Positions 62,130-64,000 of a DNA stretch of 64,000 nt are shown here, one piece after another. A program made the translations under genes and the position numbers. The notes beneath the pieces were generated by a model that was given only the letters and a program-made list of their open reading frames with translations, was not told where the DNA came from and made no database searches. The DNA comes from an uncultured bacterium. Lineage in GTDB: Bacteria > Armatimonadota > UBA5829. Position 1 is the first letter of the stretch. Every line of letters begins with the position of its first letter. The stretch is taken from contig CALJES010000012.1 of the NCBI GenBank assembly GCA_938074205.1, positions 342,840-406,839 of the forward strand, in the 5' to 3' direction.

Positions 62130-63575
62130 GTGCACATGAACCTTTTGATACTTTGTCCCGATCAGCTTCGGGCTGATTATCTTTCTTGTTACGGTCACCC
62201 CACCATTGGAACGCACAATATCGACCGTTTGGCGGCTGAAGGGGTGAGGTTCGAAAAAGCCTACTGCGCCGCTCCGCTTTGCGGTCCTAGTCGGATTAGC
62301 TTTGTTACGTCACTTCGTTTCTCAGAACACAATCACCGGAACTACGGCTCGACGATCGATTATACAGTACCGAATCTGGTCCGGTCCTTGAAGGAATCCG
62401 GTTATCGCACTGCAATGTTTGGGAAAAACCATTGTTTCAACTACGAACAACTCCCTCAGATATGGGATGAACTCCATGAGATATGCCTGGGCAACTACGA
62501 TAGGCACCCGAAGTATCAGCGATCTTTTGACGCGTTCCCTCTTGAAAAGGACCACGAATATAACATAACGGCCTTGCTCGCAGACGAAGCAATTTCATTC
62601 ATTAGACGCCAGGGTGAGAGGCCGTGGTTGTGTTGGGTCAATTGGCAAGATCCACATCCGGCGTTCACGTGCCCTGAACCGTACTTCTCGATGTTCGAGC
62701 GGGCTTCAATTGAAACCCCTCTGGGCTATCGCGAATCAGCGGCTAAGAACAAACCGAAACGACTCAAGAACTGGCAGATAAATAGTCTTGCTCAGCAAGC
62801 CTCGGACGAGGAAATTAGAAACGCAATAGCAGCCTATATGGGTCAAGTCAGATACGTGGACGATTCGGTTGGCAAAATACTGGACGCATTGGATCAGACA
62901 GGTCAGCGCGACAATACATTGGTCGTTTTCTTCGCAGACCATGGAGAGCTGCTTGGGGATCAGGGTGCTTTTCATAAGATCGGGGTTTTCTACGAATGTC
63001 TCACGCGAATACCGGTCATAATAAGACACCCGCACGGGAAGTACCGCGGGGTGTTCCAGGGGCTCGTAGAAGAAGTGGATTTAGCCCCCACCATCTTGGA
63101 CGCCCTAGGTATACCGAAGCCGCTAACATTTGTCGGTGAGAGCCTACACCAAAGGTTGCTCGATGGCAAGCTGGAAAGAGAACACGGCAGACCTACCGCT
63201 CTGGTGGAAACGGGATTGCAAGCACCGACTTGGCCCGCACCTGTCGGATACAACCAGAAAGCGCCGTTCGCCCCGAACAATTTTGGCCCGGGGGCAATGC
63301 TTACGGATGGGAGGTTTAAACTGTCGGTCTACTACGACGACGTGTGCGAGCTCTACGACCTTGGCGAGGATCCGAAAGAGCTTGAGAACAGATTTGACGA
63401 TCCGGCACTGAAGGACGTTCGCGACCGATTGACGCTAGAACTATGTAAGCGCCTAATGGGCGTAGGGGTGCGCGATATTGGCCGTATAGACTGGCCGGAG
63501 CCAGACGCCGATCCACGAGAGGCTCCCATTGAGGTTATTTCGTTGCGGCGTTCTCTCAAAGGAGTGCGCAGCTAG
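62130..63575 (+). CDS. sulfatase (Cys-type formylglycine motif)
   Basis: 481 aa; LLILCPDQ, CGPSRISFVTS, GKNHC, FFADHGEL motifs. Confidence 0.9.
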   Translation: MHMNLLILCPDQLRADYLSCYGHPTIGTHNIDRLAAEGVRFEKAYCAAPLCGPSRISFVTSLRFSEHNHRNYGSTIDYTVPNLVRSLKESGYRTAMFGKNHCFNYEQLPQIWDELHEICLGNYDRHPKYQRSFDAFPLEKDHEYNITALLADEAISFIRRQGERPWLCWVNWQDPHPAFTCPEPYFSMFERASIETPLGYRESAAKNKPKRLKNWQINSLAQQASDEEIRNAIAAYMGQVRYVDDSVGKILDALDQTGQRDNTLVVFFADHGELLGDQGAFHKIGVFYECLTRIPVIIRHPHGKYRGVFQGLVEEVDLAPTILDALGIPKPLTFVGESLHQRLLDGKLEREHGRPTALVETGLQAPTWPAPVGYNQKAPFAPNNFGPGAMLTDGRFKLSVYYDDVCELYDLGEDPKELENRFDDPALKDVRDRLTLELCKRLMGVGVRDIGRIDWPEPDADPREAPIEVISLRRSLKGVRS

Positions 63576-63657
63576 GTTGGCAGACTAGTGATACTGAGGA
63601 TCAATATGCCTATAGTAAGTTTTTGAGATCCCTTGTGCTGCCGGGAGGGAATGAGAA

Positions 63658-64000
63658 TTGCCTCAGGACATATTGGTGCTAATGACTGATCAACATAGGG
63701 CTGATTGGGTTGGATGCTACGGAGCGACGTGGGTGCGGACTCCCACGCTGGACAGCATCGCGGCTGAAGGCGTAAGGTTTGCCAATTGCATTACTACATC
63801 GCCGCTTTGTATGCCAGCGCGGGCATCTTTTTTGACCGGCCAGTACCCACACAATACTGGTATGTGGGACAACGTCGGGCGTGTCCACGACGTTCACAGC
63901 ACTTATCTGCATACGTTGAGACAAGCTGGTTACCGAACTTGTCACGTCGGTAAGAGCCATCTTCACCCACATGGAGGCGGCCGCGATCTACGGGCTGAAC
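63658..64000 (+). CDS. sulfatase, 5' fragment truncated by window end
   Basis: open frame from TTG 63658 (GGGAGGG RBS) or ATG 63682 to window end; LVLMTDQHRADW, CMPARASFLTGQY (C-x-P-x-R); not in ORF track because incomplete. Confidence 0.8.
   Translation, partial: MPQDILVLMTDQHRADWVGCYGATWVRTPTLDSIAAEGVRFANCITTSPLCMPARASFLTGQYPHNTGMWDNVGRVHDVHSTYLHTLRQAGYRTCHVGKSHLHPHGGGRDLRAE

Overview
This 64 kb window looks like a core chromosomal segment of a diderm bacterium with about 52% GC. It contains some 55 tightly packed, mostly homolog-recognisable genes, one tRNA, and no transposases, integrases or CRISPR arrays. The recognisable blocks are listed below.

- Heat shock: a dnaK - hsp20 - cbpA (zinc-finger-less DnaJ) - hspR operon with no grpE, with a strong sigma70-like promoter and a degenerate HAIR-like inverted repeat upstream, followed by a cold-shock protein.
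- Aromatic biosynthesis: a DAHP synthase with an N-terminal regulatory domain, translationally coupled to a membrane/TPR protein.
- Envelope: a MerR-family regulator with a clear palindromic operator/promoter, and a PAP2 phosphatase fused to an ArnT/PMT-like GT-C glycosyltransferase.
- Glycan/nucleotide-sugar block on the minus strand: DegT aminotransferase, sugar-1-P nucleotidyltransferase, ahcY, WecB/TagA glycosyltransferase, PfkB kinase and ComF.
- Translation and repair: glnS, a PAS-SpoIIE phosphatase, tRNA-Gln(CUG), radA, miaA-hfq, rlmN.
- Cofactor and central metabolism: nadA-nadC-birA, archaeal-type iPGM (apgM), dapF-dapL, acpS-nnr.
- Sugars and sulfatases: an FGGY kinase, two MFS transporters, a sugar-phosphate isomerase, and three Cys-type sulfatases at the window end.

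The most system-like feature is a co-directional eight-gene block at 42.5-52.3 kb (acpS-nnr, then FHA, FHA-FHA, vWA, FHA-FHA, PP2C phosphatase, Hanks Ser/Thr kinase). It has five FHA domains in three zinc-ribbon proteins, and the first FHA protein, the second FHA protein and the kinase each carry their own transmembrane or extracytoplasmic sensor part. It resembles the computationally described TerY-P (vWA-PP2C-STPK) triad and the T6SS threonine-phosphorylation pathway, but sits in an unfamiliar context.

Next to it lie a PilB/GspE ATPase co-operonic with a standalone CheB-like methylesterase and a degenerate MBL-fold protein. Nearby are two large secreted beta-propeller proteins (a 48-aa-repeat protein and a 7-BNR-repeat plus FN3 protein) whose C-terminal ~100 aa appear mutually homologous, suggesting a shared sorting or anchoring domain.

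All assignments rest on reading the translated ORFs and the DNA by eye. No database search was run.
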